Shown in pieces: positions 1-11,200 of a stretch of 64,000 bases of DNA. Within the stretch, counting starts at the first letter, position 1. Each line of letters begins with the position of its first letter. The stretch comes from Candidatus Tectimicrobiota bacterium (GTDB lineage: Bacteria > JACPUC01): assembly GCA_016192455.1 (NCBI GenBank), contig JACPUC010000016.1, positions 1 to 64,000 on the forward strand, given 5' to 3'. The notes under the pieces are model-generated. The model saw nothing but the letters and a program-made list of their open reading frames with translations. It searched no databases and had not been told where the DNA came from. The position numbers were made by a program, and so were the translations under genes.

Positions 1-792
1 ATTGGCCATCTGGATGAGGCGCTCCCGGGTCTGGCGCACCTCGTCAAGCTGCAGCGGCGTGTCGCCGAAGGCGATGTCGGGGGAGGCGCCGCCGGAGCCG
101 GTGATGTTGTTCTTCGCGGCTTGGGCGTCGAAGAAGCCATCAATCTCTGCCGCCGAGGGCTGCGGCGCCTCCACGGCCATGCCGTTGATCGCCGGCTCGG
201 GGCCGGCCGAGCCGTCCGGGTTGCGATCCTTCCCCTCGATGGTGAATGAGTTGCCGCGGAAATCGAGCTCGTACTGGGCATCCAGGACGCTCACGGCCGC
301 CGGCGGCGTGGCGAGGTTGGCCTTGCTCACCAGGGCGGTGATGACCTTGCGCGCGCTTGAGTCATTGAGCTTGCCGGTGCTGGTGATGATGACGCGTTGA
401 TCCCGGTCGCGGCTCGGATCGTTGTCGCCGTCGTCGTTATCGGTCACCCGCACCGTGTACGCGCCGTTGCGGAAGGCGACGGTCTCGCTCGCGAAGATGA
501 TGCCGTTGTCACCAAGTGTGGCGGGGTTGCCATCGGGACCGGCCAGGGCTTGCTTGAAGGGGAGCGAGCGGAGGACAGACTTGGCATGCTCCAGCCCGGC
601 CTCGGCGATGAGGAGCGCATCGACGGACTGCCGGTAGTTGGCGCTGGTGCGCAGCGTGAAGACGGTGCTGGAGATGGCGCTCAACCCCAAGATCGACAGC
701 AGGCTGAGCATCACCAGGGCGACCACCATGGCAGTGCCGCGTTCGCCTCGCAGGAACCCCTCGCCATGCTTCGGCGTGCCGACGGTTGGCAT
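1..792 (-). CDS. PilX-like type IV pilus assembly protein (partial, runs off the window; not in the ORF track)
   Basis: Manual translation from ATG 792: MPTVGTPKHGEGFLRGERG/TAMVVALVMLSLLSILGLSAISSTVFTLRTSANYRQSVDALLIAEAGLEHA. This is a PilX N-terminal pattern (G-cleavage, no E+5, A..AEAG.E.A). The frame is open to position 1. Confidence 0.8.
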   Translation of the reverse strand, partial: MPTVGTPKHGEGFLRGERGTAMVVALVMLSLLSILGLSAISSTVFTLRTSANYRQSVDALLIAEAGLEHAKSVLRSLPFKQALAGPDGNPATLGDNGIIFASETVAFRNGAYTVRVTDNDDGDNDPSRDRDQRVIITSTGKLNDSSARKVITALVSKANLATPPAAVSVLDAQYELDFRGNSFTIEGKDRNPDGSAGPEPAINGMAVEAPQPSAAEIDGFFDAQAAKNNITGSGGASPDIAFGDTPLQLDEVRQTRERLIQMAN

Positions 793-894
793 TGCCTTTC
801 CCTCACCCCCTCCGAGGGGCCGGAATGGGTTGCACCCTGGTGGGACCACCCTTTCTGCTCTGCCTCCACCGCAGAAGGCGGCGTGTTGCGCCTC

Positions 895-1686
895 CTACCC
901 GTGGTCTGCGTAGTCCTGCACGCCTTGCTCGCTCAACTGCTGGATGCGCCATGTCCCCCCTTCCTGGCGGAAATCCGCCGCGTAGAGGGCCTTGCGCATG
1001 CGCGGCTGGCGCTCGTCAAGGTCATAGGCGGTGAGGAGACGAAACCGTGCGGAGATACTCCCCCCCTGCCGCTGAACGTGGAGTGAGCGCACCTCCACGT
1101 TCTTCAGCACGCGCCGCGCGAAGTAGCGCTCCAGGCGCGCACCGTAGGCTTGCTGCGACAACGTCGCGCCGGCTTCGGCCTGAAAGGAGAAGTCGCGCGT
1201 CAGCAGGCTGAGGAGAGCCGGGACATTGCGCTGCTGAAACGCCATGGCGAACTCCTGGGTGAGGATGCGGCTAACGATCTCTTCCGGCGCCAGCGCGGCG
1301 TCGGCCGGCTGAGCCGAGCCGGCGCCGCCGGGAGCCACACGCGGCGGGGCCTGCGGCTCCTTGGAAACGCCCGCCGCCCCCGCCGCACCTTCGGCGGGGC
1401 GCGTCTCGCCCTCCTTCGACCCCTCCCTCAGGGGAGGCGTCGCGAGCTTGTCCTTGTAAAGGGCGCGGTACCGCGGCGGCAGCTCCTGGTAGTTATCCGT
1501 GAAGTGGACCACGCCGTTCTCGTCCACCCACTTGAAGAGTTGCGCCGCGGCCCCGCCGACGCGCCAGGCGGAGAGAAGCATCAGGCCCACAACGAGCGCC
1601 AGAAACCACCGACCCGTGCCGCCCTGAGAGGAGCGAGGGGTTGTGGTGGTTGCTGCGCCTGCCATGCTCGTTTCCCTCGCCTTCAC
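895..1686 (-). CDS. Exported DUF4124-type protein with C-terminal NTF2/SnoaL-like domain
   Basis: Signal peptide, then QLFKWVDENGVVHFTD (DUF4124 motif), a low-complexity linker and an NTF2-like C-terminus. Start is GTG 1686 or ATG 1665. Confidence 0.7.
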   Translation of the reverse strand: MKARETSMAGAATTTTPRSSQGGTGRWFLALVVGLMLLSAWRVGGAAAQLFKWVDENGVVHFTDNYQELPPRYRALYKDKLATPPLREGSKEGETRPAEGAAGAAGVSKEPQAPPRVAPGGAGSAQPADAALAPEEIVSRILTQEFAMAFQQRNVPALLSLLTRDFSFQAEAGATLSQQAYGARLERYFARRVLKNVEVRSLHVQRQGGSISARFRLLTAYDLDERQPRMRKALYAADFRQEGGTWRIQQLSEQGVQDYADHG

Positions 1687-1765
1687 GGTGCTCTCTCCAC
1701 GCTGTTGTGAGGGAGTTCCGCGCCGCGTTCCGCAGAGGTCTTCGCCCGGCTGGCCACTCCGCACC

Positions 1766-2362
1766 CTACGGCGCGGCAAAGCCGGCCAGATTGCGCGGCC
1801 GCACGTAGGTCTCCAGCTTCACCACCTTGTACGTGTTGCTGATGGGATCGAGCCGATTCGTCTGCACGGCGATGAGCACCTTCATGCTGCGAATGGTGTT
1901 GCGCTGGGCCTGCGTCGAGGTATCGATCACCGCCCCGCCATCCTTATCGTAATACTTGAACTGTACCCCTGCGGACGGCTCGAGGTGCTTCACGAGGGTT
2001 TGCTCCGCACCTGCGTTCTCAATCCGGACCAGGCTCGCCGCTCCTTCCTGCGAAACTTCCTTGAACTCCACCTGCTCAAGCGTCCCGTCGTCGTTGAGAT
2101 CGGCCCGGAACGAGACCTGCTTGGGGTTGGCGAGAAGGATCGGGTTGCCGCTGCTGTCGCGGTAGCCGATGGTCCGCAGGTCGCGCAGCATGACATCGAT
2201 GCCGGTCAGCGCCGCCTCGTTCATCGCCACCACCGAGCTCTGGAACTCGTAGACGCGATTCTGGCTGATGAAGACGTTGTAGATCGCCGCCATGACCACA
2301 AATCCGAGACCGACAGAGATGAGCAGCTCAATGAGCGTGAAACCGCGCTGCGTCCTTCCCAT
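1766..2362 (-). CDS. PilW-like minor pilin
   Basis: Class III signal QRG/FTLIELLISV, followed by ...MLRDLRTIGY and a C-terminal VRPRN motif. Confidence 0.8.
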   Translation of the reverse strand: MGRTQRGFTLIELLISVGLGFVVMAAIYNVFISQNRVYEFQSSVVAMNEAALTGIDVMLRDLRTIGYRDSSGNPILLANPKQVSFRADLNDDGTLEQVEFKEVSQEGAASLVRIENAGAEQTLVKHLEPSAGVQFKYYDKDGGAVIDTSTQAQRNTIRSMKVLIAVQTNRLDPISNTYKVVKLETYVRPRNLAGFAAP

Positions 2363-2444
2363 GCCCACCTGCTTTCTCCGCCGGCAACGGACCCTTGGCG
2401 AGGCGCCGCCGCGAACTGAGCCCTTCGCTGCCGTGCTCCACGGG

Positions 2445-2891
2445 CTAACGGCTGATGTAGGTGGCAACGCTCACGCTGGGTGAGGTGCCATCGCTTGCAG
2501 TCCACTCCACGGTCACGGTGATGCGCTTGGTGTTCGCAGGCGCGGCTTCATCTCCTGGCTCAAGCGGCGGATCAACGTCAGTGGTGCGCCGAAAGCCGTC
2601 GTACCCCGGCACCGGATTCTCCACTTCCGCCTCAGGCAGGTTCGCGTAGCCCCGACCCCGCAGCTCTTCAATCTTCGACTGGGCCAGGGTGGTGGCGGTG
2701 GTGAGCTGGCGCGACCGGTAGTTGCCGCTCACCACCGAGATCGAGATGGCCGAGAGCGCCAGCAGCCCGATGCTGAAGATCGACGCGGCCAGCAGCACCT
2801 CGAGCAGCGTGAACCCCTGCTCACCGGCCCTTCGGGTTGAGGAGCAGGCCCCCACCCTCCACAGTGACCCCAACCTCTCTGCGCGTTTCAC
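2445..2891 (-). CDS. PilV-like minor pilin
   Basis: EQG/FTLLEVLLAASIFSIGLLAL followed by A..LAQSKIEELR. Confidence 0.8.
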   Translation of the reverse strand: MKRAERLGSLWRVGACSSTRRAGEQGFTLLEVLLAASIFSIGLLALSAISISVVSGNYRSRQLTTATTLAQSKIEELRGRGYANLPEAEVENPVPGYDGFRRTTDVDPPLEPGDEAAPANTKRITVTVEWTASDGTSPSVSVATYISR

Positions 2892-3421
2892 TGCACTTGC
2901 ACTCCCACAAACGTGATCGTCACCGTCTTCCGGTAGGGCTCGGTGGACGCGGAACTCACCACCACCGTGTTCTGCCCCTGTTGCAGGAACGACCCCTGCA
3001 ACCCTCCTGAAGCGACCTGGTAGAAGCGACCGCGCGTATCGAGGTAGACCTTCTGTCCGGGGATGGAAACGCTCTCAAGGGCGACCCCGCTCGCAACCTC
3101 GGAGACGTTGAGCGTCTCCTCCGTCTCTTCCCCACCCCCCAGGAGCTTGATGAAGGTGACGCGGTTCGCGCTCGCATCGAACTCGATGCGGAAAGGCACC
3201 CCCTCTCCCAAGGCTTTCAGCCGCGCCTCCTGGAGCTTCGACTGGATGCGGCCGGCAACTGATTTCACCCGCGCCGCCTCCAGCATGCTGTCAAATTGGG
3301 GGAGGGCCATGGTCGCCACAATCGCGACGATCCCCATGACGACCATGAGCTCAAAGATCGTGAACCCCGTCCCGCTCCGAACGTGCCGGGGGATCGCGGG
3401 CGTGCACGCCTCCCGAACCAT
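2888..3421 (-). CDS. FimT/GspH-like minor pilin
   Basis: TG/FTIFELMVVMGIVAIVATMALP and LQEARLKA. The start codon is uncertain (ATG 3421 chosen). Confidence 0.78.
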   Translation of the reverse strand: MVREACTPAIPRHVRSGTGFTIFELMVVMGIVAIVATMALPQFDSMLEAARVKSVAGRIQSKLQEARLKALGEGVPFRIEFDASANRVTFIKLLGGGEETEETLNVSEVASGVALESVSIPGQKVYLDTRGRFYQVASGGLQGSFLQQGQNTVVVSSASTEPYRKTVTITFVGVQVQ

Positions 3422-3916
3422 CCGGCTGCTGCGACTCCGGCGCAACGCTGGCGTCACTTCTCGGACGCTTGACCGGTACAGCTCTCGACGCCCCGCTTGT
3501 GTCACCTCCTCGCAAGGTGTTGCGCCGTGCCTCATGGCTGCGTCGGAGCGACCTCCCTCGAGATCCGCAGGAAACGTCACACCCTCACACCACCCCATCG
3601 CCCTGCGGGCAGCATTCACTTTTCCCCCAATCTTCTTATGGACGGCCGCGCCAGGCAAACCTTGCAGAGTTTCGCGGCGAGGTGGAGCACCCAAGAGAAG
3701 CTCCTGCACTACCTCCCTTGTCCTGCGGTGGAGCGCGATTCCGCGTCTCATCGAGGACTCCCTCTCCGGCGCATCTTCCGGCCCAGCCGCATGCTCGCCT
3801 GGTGCTGCACTCCCTATTCTACTCTTACTCCTTGGCGTGCGTCCGTGAAATTTCTTCAGGACCTCTCGGCAGCGCTCCAGCCGTGAAACGCTCTCAGCAC
3901 CTTGCTGGCTCCAGCG

Positions 3917-4771
3917 CTACGTTGTGTAGGTATAGAACCCCTTGCCGGTCTTGCGCCCGAGCTGGCCGGCGCGCACCATCCGGCGCAGCAGGGTCGGCGG
4001 CGCGAAGCGGCTCTCGCGGAACTCCTCGTAGAGCGCCTCGGCGCAGTACATCGCCGTGTCGAGGCCCACCAGGTCGAGGAGGGTGAATGGCCCCATGGGG
4101 TAGCCGCAGCCGAGCTTCATCGCCTTGTCGATGTCCTCGATGCTGCCGATCCCCTCCTCGAGGGCGCGCACCGCATCGATCATGTAAGGGACCAGCAGTC
4201 GGTTGACAATGAACCCCGGCTTGTCCACCGTCGCCACCGGCTGCTTGCCAAGGCTGGCGGCGAAGTCGAAGGCGGCCTGGAAGGTGGCGTCGCTGGTGAC
4301 GATGCTGCGGATCACCTCGACGAGCGCCATGAGAGGCACGGGGTTGAAGAAGTGCAGCCCCACAACCCGCTCCGGTCGCTGCGTCGCCACGGCGATGTCG
4401 ATGATGCAGAGCGTCGAGGTGTTCGAGGCCAGGAGAGCCTCCGGCTTGGCGACCGCGTCGAGGGCCTTGAAGGTCTGCTGCTTCAGCGGCATGTTCTCGG
4501 TCACCGCCTCGACGATGATCTCGCACCCCGCCAGGTCGTCGAGTTTCGTCGTCCCCTGCAGGCGCGCCATGATCTCCGCCTGCCGCGCCGCCTCCAGCTT
4601 GCCCTTGCGCACGCTGCCGGCGAGGAAGTCCTCGATCCTGCCTAGCCCCTTGGCCAGCAGCTCGTCGTTGACCTCCCGCACCACCACGGAGTACCCGGCC
4701 ACCGCCGCCACCTGGGCGATCCCCGCCCCCATCAAGCCGCATCCCACCACCCCAACCTTGCCGATCTGCAT
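3917..4771 (-). CDS. 3-hydroxybutyryl/3-hydroxyacyl-CoA dehydrogenase
   Basis: GCGLMGAGIAQ Rossmann motif, ASNTS, GLHFFNPVP, PGFIVNR, PMGPF and LGRKTGKGFY. Confidence 0.95.
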   Translation of the reverse strand: MQIGKVGVVGCGLMGAGIAQVAAVAGYSVVVREVNDELLAKGLGRIEDFLAGSVRKGKLEAARQAEIMARLQGTTKLDDLAGCEIIVEAVTENMPLKQQTFKALDAVAKPEALLASNTSTLCIIDIAVATQRPERVVGLHFFNPVPLMALVEVIRSIVTSDATFQAAFDFAASLGKQPVATVDKPGFIVNRLLVPYMIDAVRALEEGIGSIEDIDKAMKLGCGYPMGPFTLLDLVGLDTAMYCAEALYEEFRESRFAPPTLLRRMVRAGQLGRKTGKGFYTYTT

Positions 4772-4855
4772 CGTTCAGCCCCTCGATCGTCATCGATGTG
4801 TTGCAGACTACCGTAGTGTTGTGAGGGGCTCTTGCTCCCCCACATCCCCTGTTCC

Positions 4856-4883
4856 GTAGGGGCGGTTCGCGAACCGCCCCTAC
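4856..4883. repeat. Perfect 28-bp GTAG-type REP-like palindrome
   Basis: GTAGGGGCGGTTCG|CGAACCGCCCCTAC is its own reverse complement and is intergenic. A second GC hairpin follows at 4895-4919. Confidence 0.75.
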
Positions 4884-4944
4884 CAGCCGGGGTGTGCGAG
4901 GGGGCGCGGCCCCCTCGCAGAAAAACTTCTACACAAGAAGGTTC

Positions 4945-6126
4945 CTACAGCGCCTCGAGGACGAGCGCGATCCCTTGGCCCCCGCCGATGCAGGCCGTCG
5001 CCAGCCCGAACCTCTTCTGCCGGCGGCGCAGCTCGTAGAGGATGGTCAAGGTCAGCCGTGCGCCGGTCGCCGCCAGGGGATGACCAAGGGCGATAGCGCC
5101 GCCGTTGACGTTGGTGATCTGCCGGTTCAGCCCCAGTTCCTTCTCGACCGCCAGGTACTGCGGCGAGAAGGCCTCGTTCACCTCGATGAGGTCCATCTCC
5201 CCGAGCCGCATCCCGGCGCGCCCCAGGGCCTGCTTCGAGGCCGGCGCCGGGCCGATGCCCATGATCGTCGGATCGCACCCCGCCACGCCCCACGACACCA
5301 AGCGGCCGAGCGGCGACAGCCCGCGCTCGGCTGCAATCTTCGCCGTCGTCAGGACCATGGCGCCGCCGCCGTCGTTGATGCCGCTGGCGGTGCCGGCGGT
5401 GATGACACCGTCCTTCTTGAAGACCGGCGCCAGCTTCGCCAGCCCCGCGAGCGCCGTCTCCGGCCGGGGGTGCTCATCCACCTCGAAGCTCACCGGCCCG
5501 GAGCGCGATTTCACCTCCACCGGCACGATCTCCTCCTTCAGGAAGCCGGCCTTGATCGCCGCGGCGGCGCGCTGCTGGCTGGTGTAGGCGAACGTATCCA
5601 CCTCCTCGCGAGTGATGCCGTAGCGCTGCGCCAGGTTCTCCGCCGTGATCGCCATGGGGAGATTGGGGTAGTAGTCGTTCAGGCCGTCCCACAGGGCATC
5701 CTCCAGCTTGCCCTGCCCAAGGCCGATGCCGGTGCGCGCCCCCCGCACCACGAAGGGCGTCTGCGTCATGTTCTCCGCTCCCCCGGCCAGGACGAAGTCC
5801 GCCTCCCCCAGCAGGAGGCGATGGGCCCCCTGCACGACCGCCTCGAAACCCGAGCCGCAGAGCCGATTCACCGTCACCGCCGGCGTCTCGATCGGCACGC
5901 CGCAGCGCAGGCCGACGTGGCGGGCCAGGTAGGCGGCGTCGCGACTGCTCTGGATGACGTTGCCGAAGATGACGTGGCCGATCTCCGCCGGCGCCACCCC
6001 CGAGCGCTGCAGCGCCGCCTGCGCGGCAATCACCCCCAAGTCGGTCGCCGTGTGGTCCTTCAGCGCTCCGCAGAACTTGCCGAAGGCCGTTCTCACCCCG
6101 CCCAGAATGACGACATCGGATGCCAT
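4945..6126 (-). CDS. Acetyl-CoA C-acyltransferase (thiolase)
   Basis: NRLCGSG, NEAF, GGAIALGHP and CIGGGQG catalytic motifs. Start MASDVV at ATG 6126. Confidence 0.95.
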   Translation of the reverse strand: MASDVVILGGVRTAFGKFCGALKDHTATDLGVIAAQAALQRSGVAPAEIGHVIFGNVIQSSRDAAYLARHVGLRCGVPIETPAVTVNRLCGSGFEAVVQGAHRLLLGEADFVLAGGAENMTQTPFVVRGARTGIGLGQGKLEDALWDGLNDYYPNLPMAITAENLAQRYGITREEVDTFAYTSQQRAAAAIKAGFLKEEIVPVEVKSRSGPVSFEVDEHPRPETALAGLAKLAPVFKKDGVITAGTASGINDGGGAMVLTTAKIAAERGLSPLGRLVSWGVAGCDPTIMGIGPAPASKQALGRAGMRLGEMDLIEVNEAFSPQYLAVEKELGLNRQITNVNGGAIALGHPLAATGARLTLTILYELRRRQKRFGLATACIGGGQGIALVLEAL

Positions 6127-6659
6127 GCTCTCCTCCCAATGCTCTCGCCCTCGGTGCGCCCGCCTCCGCTGCGGCCCAGCCGCCGCCAGCGCGCAGCCAC
6201 TCGCCTGATTCTCCTGGATGGTTCTTATTATACCGTTTGGAGCAGAGTCCGACAGGGTGAAAAGCTGCACCCTCCTCCGCTCCCCTCCGGCGGCTGGGTG
6301 CCGCGGCCTTCAGCAGTAGGCGCCCCGACCCGGGGGACGCAACCGCGGCGAAGCACGGGCGCGGGGCGCCGCTGGCCAGCAGCAGGCAACGCTCCTCTCA
6401 TCGCGACGGGGAGATTCTCCATCATTTGACAGAACAATTTCCAAGACGTACCTATTAGGGTACTTCGCCGATCAGGAGCGGCAGCCGCGCCGGAGAGACC
6501 GCCCCCTGAAGTTCTTGGGCTGCCGACGGCCTGGTTCGCCCCTCGATCGTGCACCCAGGGGTCGTCCCCTACGAGCTCGTCCGCAAGGAGTTATGGGGAC
6601 GGACCTGCCCGACCACCCCAGATCACGAGACCCAGCACCAGCGCGGGAAAGGATGCCGG

Positions 6660-8057
6660 ATGGCTTCGACTGCAAGGAGAGGCGCCAATGAGGAGGAGGC
6701 GCCACAGCCTCCCCTGGCTGCGCCGCACCACCCCCACACGCGCGGGACCGCGCCCGATCAGCCGAAAGCGGCGAACGACGCGGTCACGAAGCGCTACGGC
6801 ACGGGGGGGAAGCCGCCGTTCGTCGATCTCGACTTCACGCAGTCCCCCTTCATCGTCATCTGGGAGGTGACGCGCGCCTGCGACCTCGCCTGCGTGCACT
6901 GCCGGGCCGAGGCCATGCCGACGCGGCACCCCCTCGAGTTCACCACCGAAGAGGGCTTCGCGCTCCTCGACGAGATGCGGCGCTTCGGCCGCCCCCTCCT
7001 TGTGCTCACCGGCGGCGACCCGATGAAGCGGCCCGACGTCTACGACTTCATCGAGTACGGCAGCAAGCTTGGGCTGCGCGTGACGATGACGCCCTCCGGC
7101 ACCCCCTTGATGACCAAGGAGGTCATCGCCCGCTGCCAGGAAAAGGGGTTGACGCACCTGGCGGTAAGCCTAGACGGGCCGACGAGGGAGACCCATGACG
7201 CCTTCCGCCGCGTCGACGGCTCCTTCGACTGGACCCTCAACATCCTGCGCTGGGCGCGGGAGCTCAACGTCAGCACCCAGATCAACACCACGGTGACGCG
7301 CCACAACCTGAACGTCTTTGACGCCCTGCGCGACCTCATCGAGCCCCTCGGCATCCTCCTCTGGAGCGTCTTCTTCCTCGTCCCCACGGGGCGCGGGCGG
7401 GCCGAGGACGAGGTCTCCGCCGAGGACTACGAGCGTGTCTTCGCCACGCTCTACGAGCTGACCAAGACCGCCTCCTTCGACATCAAGACGACGGCGGCCC
7501 CCCACTACCGCCGCTACGTCGTGCAGCAGCGCGCCGCCGAACGCAAGGCGGCCCGTCTGGCCGGGCAGGCGGACAGCCAGGCGCCGTTCCTTACCGGCGG
7601 GATCGGCTTCGCCATGGCCGGCGGCCTCGGCGGGGGCATCAGCCGCGCCGCCAAGAGCGTCAACGATGCGAACGGCTTCGTCTTCATCTCGCACACCGGC
7701 GACGTCTACCCGAGCGGCTTCCTCCCCTTGAGCGGCGGCAACGTGCGCCGGCGCAGCCTGGTGGACATCTACCGCCACAGCGAGCTCTTCACCACCCTGC
7801 GCGACTATGACCAGCTCAAGGGCAAATGCGGCGTCTGCGAGTTCGTCTCCATTTGCGGCGGATCGCGGGCGCGCGCCTACGGCATGTTCGGCGACTACCT
7901 GGAGAGCGACCCGTTCTGCGCCTATATTCCAACTCCCTACCAGCGCCTGGTGGAGCGCGGCGAGGCCGAGCCCGCGCACGACTACTTTGCGCAGCGCCTG
8001 CTGGCACGCGGGCATGGCAACCTCGTCCCCCTCGTGCCGCGGGCGCCCGCGGCCTGA
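6660..8057 (+). CDS. Radical SAM/SPASM protein (TIGR04053 / NirJ-AhbD-like)
   Basis: IWEVTRACDLACVHCRAEA (CxxxCxxC), LTGGDP, VYPSGF, and SPASM KCGVCEF..ICGGSRARAY...SDPFC. Confidence 0.85.
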   Translation: MASTARRGANEEEAPQPPLAAPHHPHTRGTAPDQPKAANDAVTKRYGTGGKPPFVDLDFTQSPFIVIWEVTRACDLACVHCRAEAMPTRHPLEFTTEEGFALLDEMRRFGRPLLVLTGGDPMKRPDVYDFIEYGSKLGLRVTMTPSGTPLMTKEVIARCQEKGLTHLAVSLDGPTRETHDAFRRVDGSFDWTLNILRWARELNVSTQINTTVTRHNLNVFDALRDLIEPLGILLWSVFFLVPTGRGRAEDEVSAEDYERVFATLYELTKTASFDIKTTAAPHYRRYVVQQRAAERKAARLAGQADSQAPFLTGGIGFAMAGGLGGGISRAAKSVNDANGFVFISHTGDVYPSGFLPLSGGNVRRRSLVDIYRHSELFTTLRDYDQLKGKCGVCEFVSICGGSRARAYGMFGDYLESDPFCAYIPTPYQRLVERGEAEPAHDYFAQRLLARGHGNLVPLVPRAPAA

Positions 8058-8235
8058 CGCCGCCGCTGCCGCGGGTCGAGGCCAAACGGTTCGCAGCGGC
8101 GCCGCCCTCCCCGCATCCAGGGTTCGAGCCGCCGGCTGCGTCGCCGCGGGTGGTTGTGTCGTCGCGCCTCCGCCTTGGGTTCCTTCGCCCCGGCAAGCAC
8201 GCAGATGTCGTTGGAATGCTCCTCGAGGCGTGGTG

Positions 8236-11200
8236 ATGAGCCTCAGAACGATCGGTGTGTCCCAGCTTGCCGAGGCCATGCTCGCCTCCTCTCCTCCCCC
8301 GCGCGAGGCGCTCGACGTCCTGCACGCGGCCGGCTTCCGCGATGCGGCGGGCGCCTGGCGGCGGCTGCGCCGCGTGCTGGCGCAGGAGGAGCACGGTCTC
8401 CCTTCCCCTGCCTTCGCGCCCCGGCTCCTCGAAGAGTTGGCGGCCTCGTTCGATCCCAATAGAGCTCTCAACAACCTGGAACGCTTCATTGCGGGCGGGC
8501 CCGACCGGGCGAGCCTCTTTACCCTGCTCAACGACAACCCCGAAACGCTGCGCGCCCTCGTCGCGATCTTCTCCGGCAGCCAGTACCTCAGCGACATCCT
8601 CATCTCCGATCCTTCCCTTCTCGACTGGCTGAGCGGCGAGGAGGCCCTGGCGCAGCCGCGCTTCAAGGATGAGATGCAGGCGGCGCTGCGCGCTCTCATC
8701 GACGCGGCGCCGACGTACGGCGCCTGCCTGGCGCAGGTGCGGCGTTTCAAGAAGCGCGAGGTCCTACGCATCGGCCTGCGCGACCTCCTCCTGCAGGCGG
8801 AGCTGGCGGAGACCCTCGAGGACCTCTCGAACTTGGCGGAGGTCTGCGTCGAGCTGGCGCTCGAGCTGACGCACCGCGACCTCGTGGCCCGTTACGGCCA
8901 GCCGATGATCATCGCGGCGGCGCCCGACGACGCGGAGTCTGTCGGCGTCGGCCCCCCGCCGGCGAGGCCGTGCGAGTTCGTCGTCCTCGGCCTGGGGAAG
9001 CTGGGAGGCCGCGAACTCAACGTCAGCTCGGACATCGACCTCATGTACCTCTACACCTCCTCGCAGGGGAGCACGAGCGGCATCCCGGGGCCGGATGGTC
9101 AGCCGCTCCAGCAGTTGAGCAACCATGAGTTCTACGTGAAGCTGGCGCAGCGGCTCACCAGCGCCCTCCATGAGATCACCAGCGAGGGGCACGTCTACCG
9201 CGTTGATCTCAACCTGCGCCCGGACGGCAGCCGTGGCGAGCTGGTGAACTCGCTGCGGAGCTGCGAGATCTACTATGAGTCTTGGGGGGAGACCTGGGAG
9301 CGCCAAGCGATGATGAAGGCGCGCCCCATCGCCGGCAGCGCGGCGCTCGGGCAGCAGTTCGCCGACCTCATGCGCCCCTTCATCTACCGCCGGCACCTCG
9401 ACTTCAGCGCCCTGGAGGAAATCCGGGCGATGAAGCAGCGCATCGACGACCACATCGCGCGCCGGCTCACCGCGCAGCGCGACATCAAGCTCGGGCGCGG
9501 CGGCATCCGCGAGATCGAGTTCATCGTGCAAGCCTTCCAGCTCATCTATGGCGGGCGCGACCCCTGGCTGCGCGAGCGCAATACCCTGCGGGCGTTGCAC
9601 CGACTGGCGAGCAAGGAGCTCCTCAGCTACGAGGAGTATGCCCGGCTCACCCGCGCCTACATCTTCCTGCGCGATCTCGAGAACCGCATTCAACTCATGT
9701 ACGGCCGACAGACCCACAGCATCCCGGACGAGCCGGCGGAGCTGCGGGCGCTGGCCGCCAAGATGGGGTTCGCCGAAGCGCCCGATCCCGCCGCCGCCCT
9801 CCTGCAGTGTTACGAGGAGCACGCCGCGAGCGTGCGCGCGGTCTTCGACGATCTCCTGCGGCGTCCCGAGGAGGCGGAGGAGCCGGCCGAAGTCGCCGGC
9901 CTCTCCCTGGAACCTGAGGAGGCCGAACGCGATCGGGAGTTCCTTGAGCGCCGCGGCTTTCGCGACGGCGCGCGCGTCCTGCGCGACCTCCTGCTCTTGC
10001 GCGATGGGCTCCCTTACGCGCACCCCTCCGCCCGCAGCCGGCGCAGCTTCATGCGGCTGCTCCCCACGGTGGTGGCGGAAGCGGCGCGCACGCCGGAGCC
10101 GGCCCTGGCCATCGCCAACCTCGTCAAGTTCGTCGAGGCGCACGCCGCGCGAGAGGCGCTCTACACGCTCTTCCTCGACGAGCCGCGCCTGCTCGAGACG
10201 CTCCTGCAGCTCTGCGGCACGAGCCGCTTCCTGGCCGCGTCCCTGGTGCGCTTCCCCGATGTCACGCACGGACTCGTTGATCCCGCGGCCCTTCGCCTGG
10301 CCGGCGAGCGCGAGGCGATGCGCGCCGAACTGCGCCAGGCGACAGCGGCGCAGCGCCATCACGATGAGCGGCTGGACAGCCTGCGGCGCTTCAAGCAAGC
10401 GGAGGAGCTGCGCATCGGCATCCGCGCCGTGGGGGGGGATCTCGACGACCTCGAGACCAGCCGCGCGCTCTCGGCCCTCGCCGACGCCTTCCTCGAGGGG
10501 GTCCTGGAGCTCGAACAAGAGGTGGCCCGCAGCGAGATGGGGCGTCCCATCTGCGCCCCCGGAGGCGCGGTCGGCTCCCCCGGCGCGGCGCAGGGGGCCG
10601 AGCGGGAGTGCGGCTTCTGCATCGTGGCGCTGGGAAAACTGGGCGGCAGCGAGCTGAGCTTTGGGTCGGACCTGGACCTGTTCTTCGTCTACGACGATGA
10701 CGGGGTGGCGCTGGGCGGCGCGCCGGGAGCGGAGGTGACGAACCAGCAGTACTTCGCCAAGCTGGCGGCGCGCATCATCCACAGCGTCAGTAGCTTCGGG
10801 CGTTCCGGCTTCGCCTACCGCCTCGACTCGCGGTTGCGTCCCGACGGCAAATCCGGCATCCTGGCCAACTCCCTCCCCGGTCTGGCGCGCTACGTCACCT
10901 CGCGCGCCCAGACCTGGGAGCGGCAGGCGCTGACGAAGGCGCGCGTCGTCGCCGGGGACGTGCTGCTGGCAACCCGCCTCATGACGTGCGTGGAGCAGTT
11001 CGTCTACGAGACGCCGTTCTCCGCCGCCACCGCCCAGGCCATCGAGGCGATGCGGCAGCGGCTGGAACGAGAGCTGGCGGGAGAGCGGGAGGCGTGGCGC
11101 AGCCTGAAGTTCGCGCGCGGCAGCCTGCTGAGCATCGAGTTCCTCATCCAGGCGCTGCAGCTCAAGGAGGGGGGGCGGCGGCGCAGCCTGCGGGTGCCCG

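Noticed and set aside
3640-3720. c-di-GMP-I riboswitch ahead of the pilin operon (GGCAAACC seen)
   Set aside because: The motif is on the strand opposite the pilin genes and the GNRA/GACGCAAAGC continuation is absent.
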